From the NCBI GenBank assembly GCA_024679065.1, contig JAGIQG010000010.1, positions 18,042,001 to 18,106,000 of the forward strand: DNA of 64,000 bases, read 5' to 3'. This DNA is from Sphyrna mokarran (Eukaryota). Shown piece after piece: positions 12,357 through 24,945 of this stretch; within the stretch, counting starts at the first letter, position 1, and each line of letters opens with the position of its first letter. Made by a program: the position numbers and the translations under genes. The notes beneath the pieces were generated by a model. That model ran no database searches, was not told where the DNA came from, and worked only from the letters and a program-made list of their open reading frames with translations.

Positions 12357-13749
12357 ACATGTGGTGATGCCGGCATTGGATGGGTAAAAACAGAAAGAAG
12401 TCTCAACGCCAGCTTAAAGTCCAACAAGTTTATTTGTAGCAAACGCCACAGGCTTTCGGATCACACTGTTCCTTCATCAGTTGGGTGGGAGTTCTGATCA
12501 CAAACAGGGCACAAAGATGCAAACTGAATTTACATAATGATTGGAATGTGAGTCTTTACAGCTAATCAATTCTTAAAGATACAATGTGAGTGGAGAGAGC
12601 TTTAAGCACAAGTTAAAAGGATATGTATTGTTTCCAGACAGGAAAGTTAGTGAGATTTTGCAAATCCAGGCATTTTCTTCCTTTGGACTCATGCTGAACA
12701 ATCACAGAAACAACTATATGATGACATCAACAAATCCCACCATTAAACTCACCATGAACTACTCCCCGGAATCGATTACATTCTTGGACACACACATCTC
12801 CATGAAGAACAGTCACCTCAGCACCTCACTGTACCACAATCTTACGGATAGCCTCACGATGCTTCATTTCTCCTGCTTCCACTTTAAACATGTTAAAGAA
12901 GCCATCCCCTACAGATAAGCCCTTTGTATACACAGGATCTGTTCAGATGAGGAGGATCACAACAGGGACCTCCAAAAGAACAGGATGTGATGCTCAGCTC
13001 ATTGATCAACAGTTCCAGCACGCCACAGTCAAAAACTGCACTGACCTCATTAGAAGACAAACACAAGCAGAGTACTCTTCGTTTCCAGTAGTTCCCTATA
13101 GAGGAGAGGCTGCAACACTTTCTCCGGAGCCTTCAACATGTCATTGATGAAGTTGAACATCTCGCCAAGGCCATCCCCACTCTCCCAATTCTTGCCTTCA
13201 AACAACCTCAAACAGACCATTGTCAGCAGCAAACTACCTGGCCTTTAGGGGAACAGTGACCATGACACCACACAATCCTGCAACAGCAACCTCTATAAGA
13301 CATGCTGGATCATCGACACAGATGCCATCTCACTTGAGAACATCATCTACCAGGTACACGGTAAAATATTCTTGCAACTCGGCCAACGTTGTCTACCTGA
13401 TACATTGCAGGAAAGGATGTCCTGAGGCATGGTACACTGGGGAGACCATGCAGATGTTACGACAATGGATGAATTAACACTGCTCGACAATCACCAGGCA
13501 AGACTGTTCCCTTCCTGTTGGAGAACACTTCAGCAGTCACAGGTATTTGGCCTCTGATCTTCGGGTAAGTATTCTCATAGGCGGCCTTCACGACACATTT
13601 CAGCGCAGAGTTGCTGAGCAGGGGCTGATAGCCAAGTTCTGCACATGTGAGAATGGCCTCAACTGGGATCTTGGGATCATGTCACACTATCTGTAACTTG
13701 CTTGGACTTGCAAAATCTTACTAACTTTCTTGTCTGGAAACAGTACACA
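12357..13749. mobile_element. Penelope-like retroelement, degraded: reverse 3' end (12357-12672) joined to forward RT C-terminus and GIY-YIG (12673-13749)
   Basis: PTIKLTMNYSPESITFLDTHIS (PLE RT), YSCNSANVVYLIHCRKGCPEAWYTGETMQMLRQWMN (GIY-YIG); 12621-12672 is the inverted copy of about 13698-13749; frameshifts and stops. Confidence 0.9.
13220..13477 (+). pseudogene. GIY-YIG endonuclease remnant of the Penelope-like element
   Basis: VVYLIHC...WYTGET..LRQ.MN matches the PLE GIY-YIG signature; frame disrupted. Confidence 0.85.
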
Positions 13750-13983
13750 ATATACATAACATAAGTTTACTTTGAAAGCAAAAAACAGGAAGGCAGGTTA
13801 CTACCAACATGAATAGCTGTAAATTGGGAGAATGCTTCCATTTTATTTCTGTCAGTAAGCAGTAAAACCCTGGTGTAGTTGTCAGATTCATCTTAAATCA
13901 TGCAGAAGATCAATTTTTTTAATATCGTCGCACTTCATGTATTAGAACATCAACAACATTTTGTCTTGGGTCTTTCACAGAAA

Positions 13984-14280
13984 GAAATCATAGAATTCTA
14001 CAGTGCAGAAGAAAGCCGTTTGGCCCATTGAGTCTGCACTGCCCACAGTTCCACCCAAGCCCTATCCCTGTAACCCCACGCATTTATCTTTTCTAGTCCG
14101 CCTGACACTTAAGGGGAAATTTGGCATGGCCAATCTGCTTAACACGCACATCTTTGGACTGTGGGGGGTAAACCAGAACGCCTAGAGGAAATCCACGCAG
14201 ACATGGGAGAACACAGACAGTGACCCAGTTGAACTCAGGTTCCTGGCGCTGTGAGTCAGCAATGTTAAACACTGTGCCCT
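13984..14280 (-). mobile_element. V-SINE, tail A
   Basis: atcatagaattctacagtgcagaag tail; ggcatggccaatc...cacatctttggactgtggg core. Confidence 0.9.
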
Positions 14281-14347
14281 GAGACTCAGCACAGGAACTT
14301 CATGCAACAAACAAAAACAAACAATAGTTCACATAAAGAGATATTAG

Positions 14348-14554
14348 GCAAAATGCTCCAGCCTCCCAGCCATGTGTTTCTTGGAAATGGGAGGCAGTGT
14401 GCCATTTGCTGGTAGTAGGATTCGCTCATCCCACTGCTGTCAATGGGATTTCCCATTGAACTCACTCCACACAGTCGGGAAATCCATAGGCTGGGGTGTG
14501 TTGCCAGCGGGACCAGAGAATCCCATTGGTGTGAACAGCCGGAGAATCCTGCCC
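14348..14554. mobile_element. PIF/Harbinger-like MITE
   Basis: imperfect TIR aggcaaaatgctccagc / gccggagaatcctgccc; 3-bp TSD att on both sides; removing it restores the L2 sequence. Confidence 0.7.
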
Positions 14555-15410
14555 ATTAAGTCAGATGGCCAAAAGCTTGGTCAAAACTATTGGTTTTAAG
14601 AAATGTATTAAAGCAGAAAAATGTAGCCTGGAAGGAATTCCAAAAATTAGGGTCAAGAGAGGTGAAGGAACAGCCAGCCACGGCACAGTGGTTAAAATCA
14701 GGAATGATAAAGAGTCCAGAATTAGATGAGTACTAATGATGAAGAGTGGTGGGAACCAGAGGAAATTAAAGCACAGAGTTGGACAACACCTTGAAGAGAT
14801 TTAAAAACAAGAATAAGTATTTTCAAATCAAGACCAAAGTCAGTGAGCTGAGTGGGACTTGGTGCGAGTTGAGATACGACCACAGAATTTTGGATGGCTG
14901 CAGGTTTACAGAGGGTAGAATGTGGGAGACCAGCTAAGAATGCATTGGAGTAGTCAAGTCTCAATATAGCAGAGTAATATATACGGGCTGCAGCAGCAGA
15001 TGAGCAAAGATAGGGGCTAAGTTATACAATCGTACAGAATTGGAAATTGGCAGTCTTCCAGCAAGTCTGTGTGGTCAATAGATCATCTCAGAATTAAACA
15101 TGATATCAAGGCTACAAAGGAGACTGGTTTAATCTCAGATTGTCACCAGGGAGAGGGATGGAGTTGGTAGTTAACAAATGGACAGTGGGACAGGAATTGA
15201 AACTGATGGTTACTGTCTATTTAATTGGAGCAAACGTCCTCTGGATTGAAATAGGCAAATCTTAGTGTTGATATGAGTGATGTCACTCAGTGGCTTCAGG
15301 ATCAAATTTGACATCAACATTGCAAACGGATGACTTTAATTTCAAACTATTGGTAGTGAAGAGGATGGAATCAATAGTTCGGAAATTGATTTTGGAGATG
15401 AAAGAACACA

Positions 15411-15720
15411 CAATCATTGAATCCCTTAGTGCCGAAAGAGGCCATTCGGCCCATTGAGTCTGCACTGACCACAATCCCACCCAGGTCGTTTCCCTGTAAT
15501 CCTTCGCATTTAGCCTGCTAGTCTGCCTAGTTAGCATGTCCAATTCACTAACTCGCACATCTTTGGAGTTTGATCACGGACAAAGTGGCAGAGCACCCAG
15601 AGGAAACCCACCAGGGAGGACAGGCAGACTCCACACAGGCAGTGACCCAAGCTGGGAATCAAACCCAGGTCGCTGGCGCTGTGAGGCAGCAGCACTAACC
15701 ACTGTGCCACCTTGCCACCC
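15411..15720 (-). mobile_element. V-SINE, tail A, inside L2
   Basis: gaggccattcggcccattgagtctgcac tail; ggcgctgtgaggcagcagcactaaccactgtgccacc head. Confidence 0.9.
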
Positions 15721-16407
15721 TGATCGTATCAAGTCTTCCTGGGGAATTCTGTGTTCAACCTGTACTAGACGATGAACAAGCAGTCTAATAATTTAGCAAC
15801 GGTTGAGAATATAGGGAGGTGATGGTGAGCTGGAGCTGTGAGTCACCAATGTATATGTAAAAATTAACACAGTGCTTTTGATGATGTTGCTGAGGATATG
15901 CATTTAGATTAGAAAAAGGAAGCACCAAGGAAACAAGGAAGGTGCACAAGTGAGAAGCGAGGTGTTGGCAAATGATACCCTATGATTGGCTTTGATTAGA
16001 TGAACAAGGCTGGAAGGTGAGATTTACCCCTGGATTTTCCCAGCTGGATGACAGTGGAGTGGCAATCTGGGATAATGGAGTGGTGAACCATGTCTAACTC
16101 TGGAGGGGAATATTTTTATTTTGTCACAGGATGTCATTCGATCAAAATCATTTTGTCACTGAGGCAAGGGCTGAAACCTCTTGGTTTCAAACATGTAGTT
16201 CCAGGAAAGATGGGGATAATTTTTTACAAGATAACAATGCACTCAAGGATTTTGGACTGGAAAGGGAGTTTGGGAATGGGGCAATAGTTTTTCAAGGAAA
16301 GTGAGATCAATGTTTTATTTTGAAGAGAAGTAAAGGCACAGCCCATGGAAAGAGAATATTGTTTGACATGGGAATCATGAAGAGATGTTGAGTGATCAGT
16401 GGTTTAG

Positions 16408-17565
16408 TAAGAACCCTCTACAATGCGGAAGGATGTCAATTGGTTCATCGAGTCTACACCAACTCTCTGACAGAGCATCTCACCCAAGCCCTATCTCCAT
16501 AACCCCACTAATGCCCCATTAATTCCCCTGAACTCTACATCTTAGGACACTAAAGGGACAATTTACCACAGCCAATCCACCTAACCTGTATATCTTTGGG
16601 CTATGGGAGGAAACTGGAGGAAACACACACAGATATGGGGAGAATGTGCAAACACCACACTGTAAATCCTATTTTACCATCTTGATTCTAAGTGCTGCGC
16701 GGACTTGAAACTGGGAGTGTTTGAGATCCAACTGTTAGACCTGTTCTGAGGCGCCTCCATATGTACTCTATCTGAAAAACTATCAGCAATTCTGAATTGC
16801 ATTGCAGAAACCTGTGGGTGGGACTTAACATGCCCAAAATCCTGAAGCTCCAAGCGGCGTTTCCAAATGTACATGTGGAGAACAAAACTGATAGAATGTG
16901 GCTCCCCTGCCACATTGTTCCTGGGCCAGATTTTGCCTCCCTCTGGCCCACACAGATATTGCCCCACTCCCACAACATTACTGACCTCCTTATTCCCTCC
17001 ACTGCCCAGACCAACCATGGACTCCTTCTCCCCACATCAATCTCAGACAGAGTGGCAGTGGACCCTCCTTTCCTCTCACTAATCACAGGCAAAGTAACAG
17101 CAGACCCCACTCCCCCTCCCACTACCCCACTGATCTCAAGAAAAATGCTGTTAAATGCTCAGCACTTACCTCCTCACTAACTAGAGTTTTGTAGAACTCT
17201 AATTGGACTTTTGTAGAACAAGTCTGTTTCGTGCTGAATGTGCATGGGCAAAAAAGAGCTGGTAAAGGGGGAAGCGCCGGTAATGTTGGGTATGCAGTCT
17301 GTTAAGTCAATTTACATACATGCAAATGCATTCAAATAGCTATTGCACCAATTCTCAATCACATCCATTTTTGGGCTTTGGTAAAGGGGGCATCAGCGCA
17401 GAGGCAGGTGTGGATCACGCTACTCACCTCACACCCAACTTCACCAAGTTTTCATGCCAGAAACGTAATTTGATTGTAAAATCGGGCCTAGAGAGTTACC
17501 CAAGGCTTGAATTGACCCCTGGTCCCCCAGCGCTATGAGGCAGCACTGCTAACATCGGTGCCCCC
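16408..17565 (-). mobile_element. V-SINE, tail A, split by a TIR element (parts 16408-16663 and 17490-17565)
   Basis: gagaatgtgcaaacaccacac | agagagttacccaaggcttgaattga...ctatgaggcagcactgctaac reads as one continuous SINE. Confidence 0.8.
16664..17489. mobile_element. Non-autonomous Harbinger-like TIR element
   Basis: TIR aaatcctattttaccatc / gattgtaaaatcgggcct; subterminal ttctaagtgctg...gaaactgg related to the 29537, 29123 and 46834 ends. Confidence 0.6.
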
Positions 17566-18574
17566 AAATATGGTCAAGGGAATAAGGATGGGACAAGAAG
17601 AGTTCGGAGAGGGCATGAAATCGAATTGGATTCTGTTTAACTTGTCTTTGGTTTGCATGTTACTGATGAAAGTGAGGGTGTTCCATATTCCATAAGAGCA
17701 ATTACAACATTCATATTTGCCCTGCTGTAACTTTAATGTTCACAATACAAAACCACATGACACCCTAGCAAGTTACAGTTCAGGTGCAGCTCCAATAAAC
17801 AGATAGTTCAAACAAAAAATGCTTTCAACCGAAAATTGCCTCAATTGAATAACAAGAGCAATTAATTGATAACTTTCAACACAGATTGTGCTGAGCAATA
17901 AATAGACCCTAAATGCTGATTAAACATTGAGGCTGCAGACTAAGGTGTTTAATGAGAATACACAAGAGCCACATATTGATGAGATACTCAAGTAAATGAA
18001 AGTAATTGACATAATGATCGCACTGGACTGATACAAAATGTGCTTCTTGACAAAAGAGTGGATTGGTTAGAGTGAGGTGAAATTTGTTGGAGTGCTTAGC
18101 ACAATGAAATTGTTGTAATTAGTGAAGCTTGCCACTTGATCAATGCTTTATTCTTGTTTGCTTGCAAAAAAAAAACAAAATGTTTCAATGTCTAATTCAA
18201 TCTGTCCAAGTTTAAAAGGAATACTAATTGTCAGCTATCTGATTCCACTACCACATTTATGATGCTACTGAAGCCGCAAACAGTTATTATGTGAGAAACA
18301 GACACGCAACTAAGGCTGGGACACGGGGGATTGAATGAGATCAGAACTGGCCAACGAACTCTGGGCTTGATAGAACAGATGATCCTTGCTGGGTTAGTTT
18401 GCTTTTCTGCTTTAGGATTGCAGTCAATTCATTTTAGTACGATGGGTAAAGACGTGATAAGGAGGAAATTTGCAATACCTCTGAGAACATTGCCTCACCA
18501 GGAGCAGAAAAAGGCAGTAAGGTGGGTCATGGAGTCTTGAGCTCAAATCACTACATCCAATTCCTTAAATATTT

Positions 18575-18745
18575 CAGCAAAGATGTGCGGTTAGGTACAT
18601 TGGCCATGTTAAACTGATCCTTAGTGTGTCTAGCTGGGTAGGTTAGAGGAGATCAGGTAAATACAGGGTTTCGCTAATAGAGCTTCTGTTGGAAAATTGG
18701 TCTGGTCTCGATGGGCAGAATGGCCTCCTTCTGCACTATATGCAT
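18575..18745 (+). mobile_element. V-SINE 3' half, tail A
   Basis: caaagatgtgcggttaggtacattggccatg ... ctcgatgggcagaatggcctccttctgcact. Confidence 0.8.
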
Positions 18746-18915
18746 TTTATTCAACAAGTACAAAATGTCAGTCCCCTTAAAACCTTGGACTACCTGCTGC
18801 AATTTGTTTAAATTCTGCACCTCAATACAGCTCAATATTTTAGCTCCTTCCTCTAATTTAAAATAAATTTGATTACCCTTCTTCCTTATACCCTTTGATG
18901 AACACTTCCCTCCTT

Positions 18916-19090
18916 TAGCCAATCAACCTAACACACACATGTTTGGACTGTGAAGGAAACGGGAACACTCGGAGGAAACCCAGACAGATACAGGGAGAAA
19001 GTGCAAACTCTACACAGATAATGACTCAACGCTGGAATTGAACCTGGGTCCTGGCGCTGTGAGGCAGCAGTGCTAATAATGTGCCACCAT
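18916..19090 (-). mobile_element. V-SINE 5' half
   Basis: gccaatcaacctaac...ggaggaaaccc...gaacctgggtcctggcgctgtgaggcagcagtgctaa. Confidence 0.85.
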
Positions 19091-20026
19091 ATATTATTTA
19101 TTACAATAAGGTTCCTAATATTAAATGGCAGGAAACATGACTGGACATTGATTGGGTGATGGGACGATTGCATCATGTATTTACATTGCTGTGAAACATG
19201 ACCAAGACCAAAGACTTCTTGCTATGAAAGAAACACACTCTTCTTGCTTTTCAAAACACACACTGATTAGCAACAGCCAGGGAAGGGTTTTAGTTCTTGC
19301 TCAGCTATGGTCATAATATGTGATTATACAAATGAGTTTGAGTCAAAATCTGAACTGTGGAAACAATTCAGATAACTATTGCAATTTACATGCATATTTC
19401 TAATTGTAGCTAAAGTGGAAACCCTACATACTATAAATGATTATTTGAAGATTAAAGACTACATTTAATTGCAAATAAGATAGTGGAAAGAGTATCCAAC
19501 CATTCGGTCAACATCTCAGATGAGAACTAATTAGTTATAATTCTTGGCCAATTACTCAGTGTGTCTTAAGATTTAAATCAACGGCAAAGCTGTTCAGTGT
19601 TTTTTGTTTCCATTTCAGTGATAGATGACGTATAGCTATTAAGAAAATTGTGTAAAGGCATTGAACCAAACCTCCCATTCAGAATCAGACTTCCTATATA
19701 CATATATACTTGGTCAGACGAGAAATACACACTGACCTTGCTCTGACTTTTCTGTTGAATCCTCCAATGGAAAATCCTCAGACCTAGTCAGCACAGGAAA
19801 CGTTGGAGGGAGCAGTGCAGAGAGCTTGACATACACAATGCTTTTCTCAGGCACTAATTGCCCTATTCTAGTAAGAATTTGAATTTACCAAAGTTTCTTT
19901 TGACAAGGTGTGGAGAGAAGGTAAATGCTATGGGGATGATCCGAGGTCAGACTTGTAGGTTAAGAATTAGTGTGGGTGAGAAGTTAGAGTGTCATGCAGG
20001 TAGTGTGTGATGGAAGGGATTCAGGT

Positions 20027-20360
20027 CGGGTGGTATGGTGGTTAGTACTGCTGCCTCACAGCTCCAGGGACCCAGGTTCAAATCTGACCTCGTAACTGTC
20101 TGTGTGGAATTTGTATGTCCTCACCATGTCTGCATGAGTTTCTTCGAGGTATTCCGGTTTCCTTCCACAACCCAAAAATGTGCAGATTAGGTGGACTGGC
20201 CAGGCTAAGTTATCCCTAAGTGTCAGGGAGATCAATAGAGTAAAAAATATATAGAGTTATAGAATAGGGGCTGGGTGGGATTTTTTATCAGTGTAGACTC
20301 GATGGACTTCATAGCGTCTTTCTGCACTGTAGGGATTCTATGATTCAATGGATTCTATGG
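20027..20360 (+). mobile_element. V-SINE full length, tail A
   Basis: ggtggttagtactgctgcctcacagctccagggacccaggttc ... ctgcactgtagggattctatgattc. Confidence 0.9.
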
Positions 20361-20844
20361 AACTGGCCAGGTGTTTAGGATGACAGTAAGGCTGCTGGGT
20401 GAGGTGGTAGGCTAGTAAGTGGATAGAGCAATAGGTGGGTGAGTGGGTAGGTGGGTGAGGTGTTAGGATAGCAGGATAACAAAGTGGATAGCAAAGTAGG
20501 TGAAGTGGTAAGGTGGTAGAGTAGGTTAACAAGGGTGAGTTGGGAGGGGTTAACAAATCAGGGGTAATCAGGTGTGCTTGGGAAGGGGTAGTCAATGTAG
20601 ACAGAGTCAGATGGTTGGGTCAAGTCGGGTCAAGTCAGGGGTAAGGCAGTTTAGGGAAATAGAGATGATCAGGATCTAGTTGGGTTGTGAAGGTGAAGTA
20701 ACTTAGAGAGGTTTAGGGTGTTGAGTGGAATTGAGGTAATCAGCAGTAAGTCCAAGGGTTGAGTCAGGCATGTCAGTGTGAATGATTCAGGGATCAGTCA
20801 AATAGTTATCTAGAAATTAGGCTAGGTTTCTCCTAATCGGGTAA

Positions 20845-21118
20845 GTAGTTGGCACTGCTGCCTCACAGCACCAGGGACCCAGGTTCAATTCTCAGCTTGG
20901 GTCAGTATCTCTGCAGATTCTACATGTTCTTCCTGTATTTGCGTGGGTTTCCTCTGGGTGCTCCAGTTTCCTCCCAAAAGACAGGCTGGTTAGGTGCATT
21001 GGCCATACTAAAATTCTCCCTCAGCATACCCGAACAGGTGCCAGAGTGTAGGATTTTCACAGTAACTTCATTGCAGCATTAATGTAAGCCTACTTGTAAC
21101 ACTAATAAATAATCCTTT
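20845..21118 (+). mobile_element. V-SINE, tail B
   Basis: ggcactgctgcctcacagcaccagggacc ... ttcacagtaacttcattgcagcattaatgtaagcctacttgtaacactaataaa. Confidence 0.9.
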
Positions 21119-21194
21119 ACTATCCACGTCTAAACTCAGAGTTGAATAGAGAGAGGATTTCAAGAGCAGAGGAATTGGCATTTGGCATCTAATT

Positions 21195-21507
21195 AAGTTA
21201 AAATTAAAGTTTATTTATTAGTCACAAGTACGCTTATATTAACACTGCAATGAAGTTACCATGAAAATCCTCTAGTCATCACACTCTGGCGTCTGCTCAG
21301 GTACAGTGAGGGAGAATTCAGTATGGCCAATGCGCCTAAACAACACATCTTTGGACTGTGGATAGAAACCAAAGCACCTGGAGGAAATCCACACAGACAC
21401 AGGAAAATTGTTCAGACTCTCACAGACAGTAACCAAAGCCAGGATTCAAACCCAGGTCCCTAGAATTGTGAAGCAGCAGTGCTAACCATTGTGCCACTAT
21501 GCCACCC
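21195..21507 (-). mobile_element. V-SINE full length, tail B
   Basis: tttattagtcacaagtacgcttatattaacactgcaatgaagttac ... gcagtgctaaccattgtgccactatgccaccc. Confidence 0.9.
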
Positions 21508-22269
21508 GCACCAGGATGATGGAAGATCTCGTTCATCATTTTTACCCCCTATATAGTGTGGCATGTTAGATTGGTTGATAGCACACTATATTCTTACACA
21601 CATGCCTTTTTGTCTTAAACTTTAGTAAACGTTTGTTGTACAGAAATAAAATAATATTTCTATGAAGGACAACTGTGTAACCGTGTGATCAAATTTTGCA
21701 GAAATACACATATTACCATTAAATTAAATATAATTCAATGATTGATAGTTGTTTCCAGTGGCTGCATGTTTTGACTTGGAAAATACTCCAGGGTATGAAC
21801 TTACATAAAATGTAAAATTATAAAATTTATACAAAAGCAGGCACAGAGGTGATGCTTAAAATTTTAAAACAATGTTGATTTTCTGACGTATGCATCCATA
21901 AAATTACTTACACAAACCATTTATTTAATTTTAAAGTAATTTTATAGAAATATGTTTGCAACAATATACAGTAGGACCTAATCATGCTGAGCCAAGAAAT
22001 GCTTTTGATATCGGGTGACTGTGCAGATTACCATAATTGAAAGTCATTTCTATAGAATAGAAAAAACATGGCCTGTTTTCAACAATAAATTCGCTGGTGA
22101 TAAAAGTGTTTGACATGCAACAGTCTAAAGAGACAAGCAATACAATTCACTGCAAAACTCTAATGTAAACGTGTCAAAACAGAACACCATTATGAGAAGG
22201 AAAACTTCTTAAATACATGATTTTTATCCACAAGAATATGCAAATCTATAAGTATGGTCAAAGGAAACA

Positions 22270-22390
22270 ATCAAGATGTTGCCAGGAACACATCATTTTC
22301 GTAGATCAGGAAAAAATAGATTGGCTGGCATAGTTTTCTCTGGAACTGAAATGGTTGAGGGGTGATTTAACTGAGGTGTTTGAAATTAAA
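22270..22390 (+). mobile_element. Old CR1 ORF2 fragment
   Basis: aagatgttgccagga ... ttctctggaactgaaatggttgaggggtgatttaactgaggtgtttgaa (FSLE..LRGDL.EVF). Confidence 0.55.
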
Positions 22391-24139
22391 TAGGGTGTGG
22401 TTAGAGCTATTGGAAGGAACTATGAGTTGGATTTTTGTGGAGTGAGGAAGATTCCGTAGATCTTTGAAAGTGACAAATGTGACTCGATTCCAGATTTCCA
22501 TTCACCATTTTTGGTATCTCTTATTTGCACTAGCGTGGAAGCAGGAAACAAACTCCGATCCTGCATTCACCACCTGGCTGGCTCCATATGGGAGAATAGA
22601 CATCTCCTAGCCTCCTGCTATTTTTATCAACTCAGATTACCTTCTCTTGTCTCCATCCCAACCCCTAATGGCTCCACGTACCCATCATACCAATACTTAT
22701 CTTTCCATCCGCAATCATTGATCCCTCATTCCCTCTCCAGCAATTCATAGTAAATCCACGCAATTCATTCTGTATGCGTTCCACACAGAACTAGAATAAA
22801 AATGGCATGTGTGGGAAAGCTTTCTTTAAAAACTGCTGTTATGATGATCCTATAAATATGTCAAATCACCCAAATCATTTCAAACAGCAGAAGCATCTAC
22901 TGCTACCGCTTGACATTTTTTTGTGTCAATAAACATTGAGCCATTGACAAAGTAGACCTAAGAAAATAAACTGTCAATCAATCAATGTCAAGCCTTGTTA
23001 TGCATGCTTTGATTAGTCTGTTGAAATAGGTGTACAAAGGGGAAAATATTGCTTGATTGCCAGCTTTTTTTTTGAGATCGATTTTGTTAATTGTTCAATA
23101 TTTGCTGATATAAGATAAAGTGGTCTCAACTGCTTGTAATTTCTGCTGCTGATAATTTGAATATCTAGTTGATTGATACATTTATAGGGTTGTAAGAATA
23201 ATATTATTTTAAAAATATATAATGAATATTGTTTTTTAAATCTTTACTACATATCCCTTCATTACTATTGGATTCATTGGTTCTGTACAGGATTTACATT
23301 GAATGAATGGGAATTGCAATGCTATAAATTGGCATGGAGGAGATGAGAGATCCATAAGGGTGGATGGAGGACATGGATTGCCACATAGGCTACGCAGAGC
23401 CATTGGGGATGGGTAGGGTGCATAGGTTAGCATGGAGGGTATGAGTGGTCATTAGCCATGTTTAAGGGTCTGTATTATGTCTCCAATTCTCTAAAAATCA
23501 GTTGTAATCTCCAGATTTATCTTCCTCCCCCACCCCCCACCTCAAATTGGTCTGGGATTTTTTTTTCATCGGCTCAAAATTTTGCCTTTTGTGGAGATTA
23601 TGGGGCTACTATTATTGAGAGATATTCTGGATCATAATGTTCAGTTGCACTTTGACCGTATAGGACAGGTTTAATGGATTAACTAGTCTATTCATGTCCA
23701 TCATTTTTGTATGGCACAAGTGGATAATTTTCCATAGGTGGCAAGGAATCATAAATGACCCAGCATTAAAATTGTAGCATAATAGATACCCGACCAAAAT
23801 CTAATTGAAGAGGTCAGATAACTGAGAAGATCGAGCAGTTTATAATTGTAATTTGTACTTCACTTTAGATAATAGATTTGATACTACCTAAGGCATCTGC
23901 TATTTATGGTGCATATCGTAAATTAAAGTGTTAATTAAAATTAGTACAGACTCCTTTTGCACTGTCAGTGCTCTTTGATCCACTGTGATTAGTGACACTC
24001 ATTTACTCATTGCAGCTTTACTTAGACTTGCATTTAATTACAGGAAAATTCTATGGACAGTAATTTCACGGCCTTCAAATTGCAGCTCAGATGTTCATTT
24101 GCAAATGCCTAAGAAATTTGTTTGAAACTCCTCTCATGG

Positions 24140-24245
24140 AATTATAGAATCATGCAGTGCAGAAGAGGCCCATTGAGTCTGCAGCTTCACATTATAAATC
24201 CCTGAATTCCCACCAAATCCCATCTACCAGGAGTTGGCCCATAGT
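24140..24245 (-). mobile_element. CR1/SINE 3' tail fragment
   Basis: tagaatcatgcagtgcagaagaggcccattgagtctgca...ttggcccatagtccc. Confidence 0.6.
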
Positions 24246-24945
24246 CCCCTCTCCATGATTTAAACAGAAACATTAACCCACTCTTTCAAATTATTCATCC
24301 GACAGTATAGCTTGGAGGTTAATATGTATTCACACGATAGAGTAAATGGGAGGCCAAATGATAGATTGCAAACTGCGAAACAGTCCGATCTCAATCTTGA
24401 ATAGGTGTTTTCATTAGGATTCACAAAGCTCTTGATATTCTAAGGGTGATGCACTCCCCTGCAAAATAATCCAGCACCTGCAGAATCAATTTTTCTGCTT
24501 GTCTAACCGTTGAAGAGCAACGAGTACATTCAATAAGAAAAGAAACCCGACAAAATTGAGCCGAAGGCAGGTTCAGGTGTGAATTTCACTAACTTCATAT
24601 CATGATTGCCTCCAGAAAGTCAACTAATTTCAAACATTTAATTCAACGTCTCTTTCCAAGCTCAGAAACCTTGAAATCTCTGTCTTTTGACTTTGATTTT
24701 TTTTATTCACTGCAATCAACTATAGAACTTAGAAATAGGATATCCATTGACCAATTCATTTTGACCGAGTTCTTTTCGCAGGGAAGATCTTTGCCCTTGA
24801 TTTCAGAGGATAAATATCATTCATGAGAAAGTGATTTTCAAACTTTGATGGTTCTTGAGAATTTTCTTTTAACTTTTGGTTACATGTGTAAGACGCCATT
24901 TTTCTGGAATCTATCTTATAATGACATCTTGAAAAAGATGTTCCA

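Larger units (their letters stand above)
14320..17620 (-). mobile_element. L2 LINE (RT C-terminus and 3' end), degenerate, with four nested inserts
   Basis: RLDYSNAFLAGLPHSTLCK..IQNS (14722-14964); L2 sequence continues across inserts at 14348, 15411, 16408 and 16664. Confidence 0.8.

Noticed and set aside
22511-22640. GIY-YIG remnant
   Set aside because: Only vague similarity; the key YIGET residues are absent.
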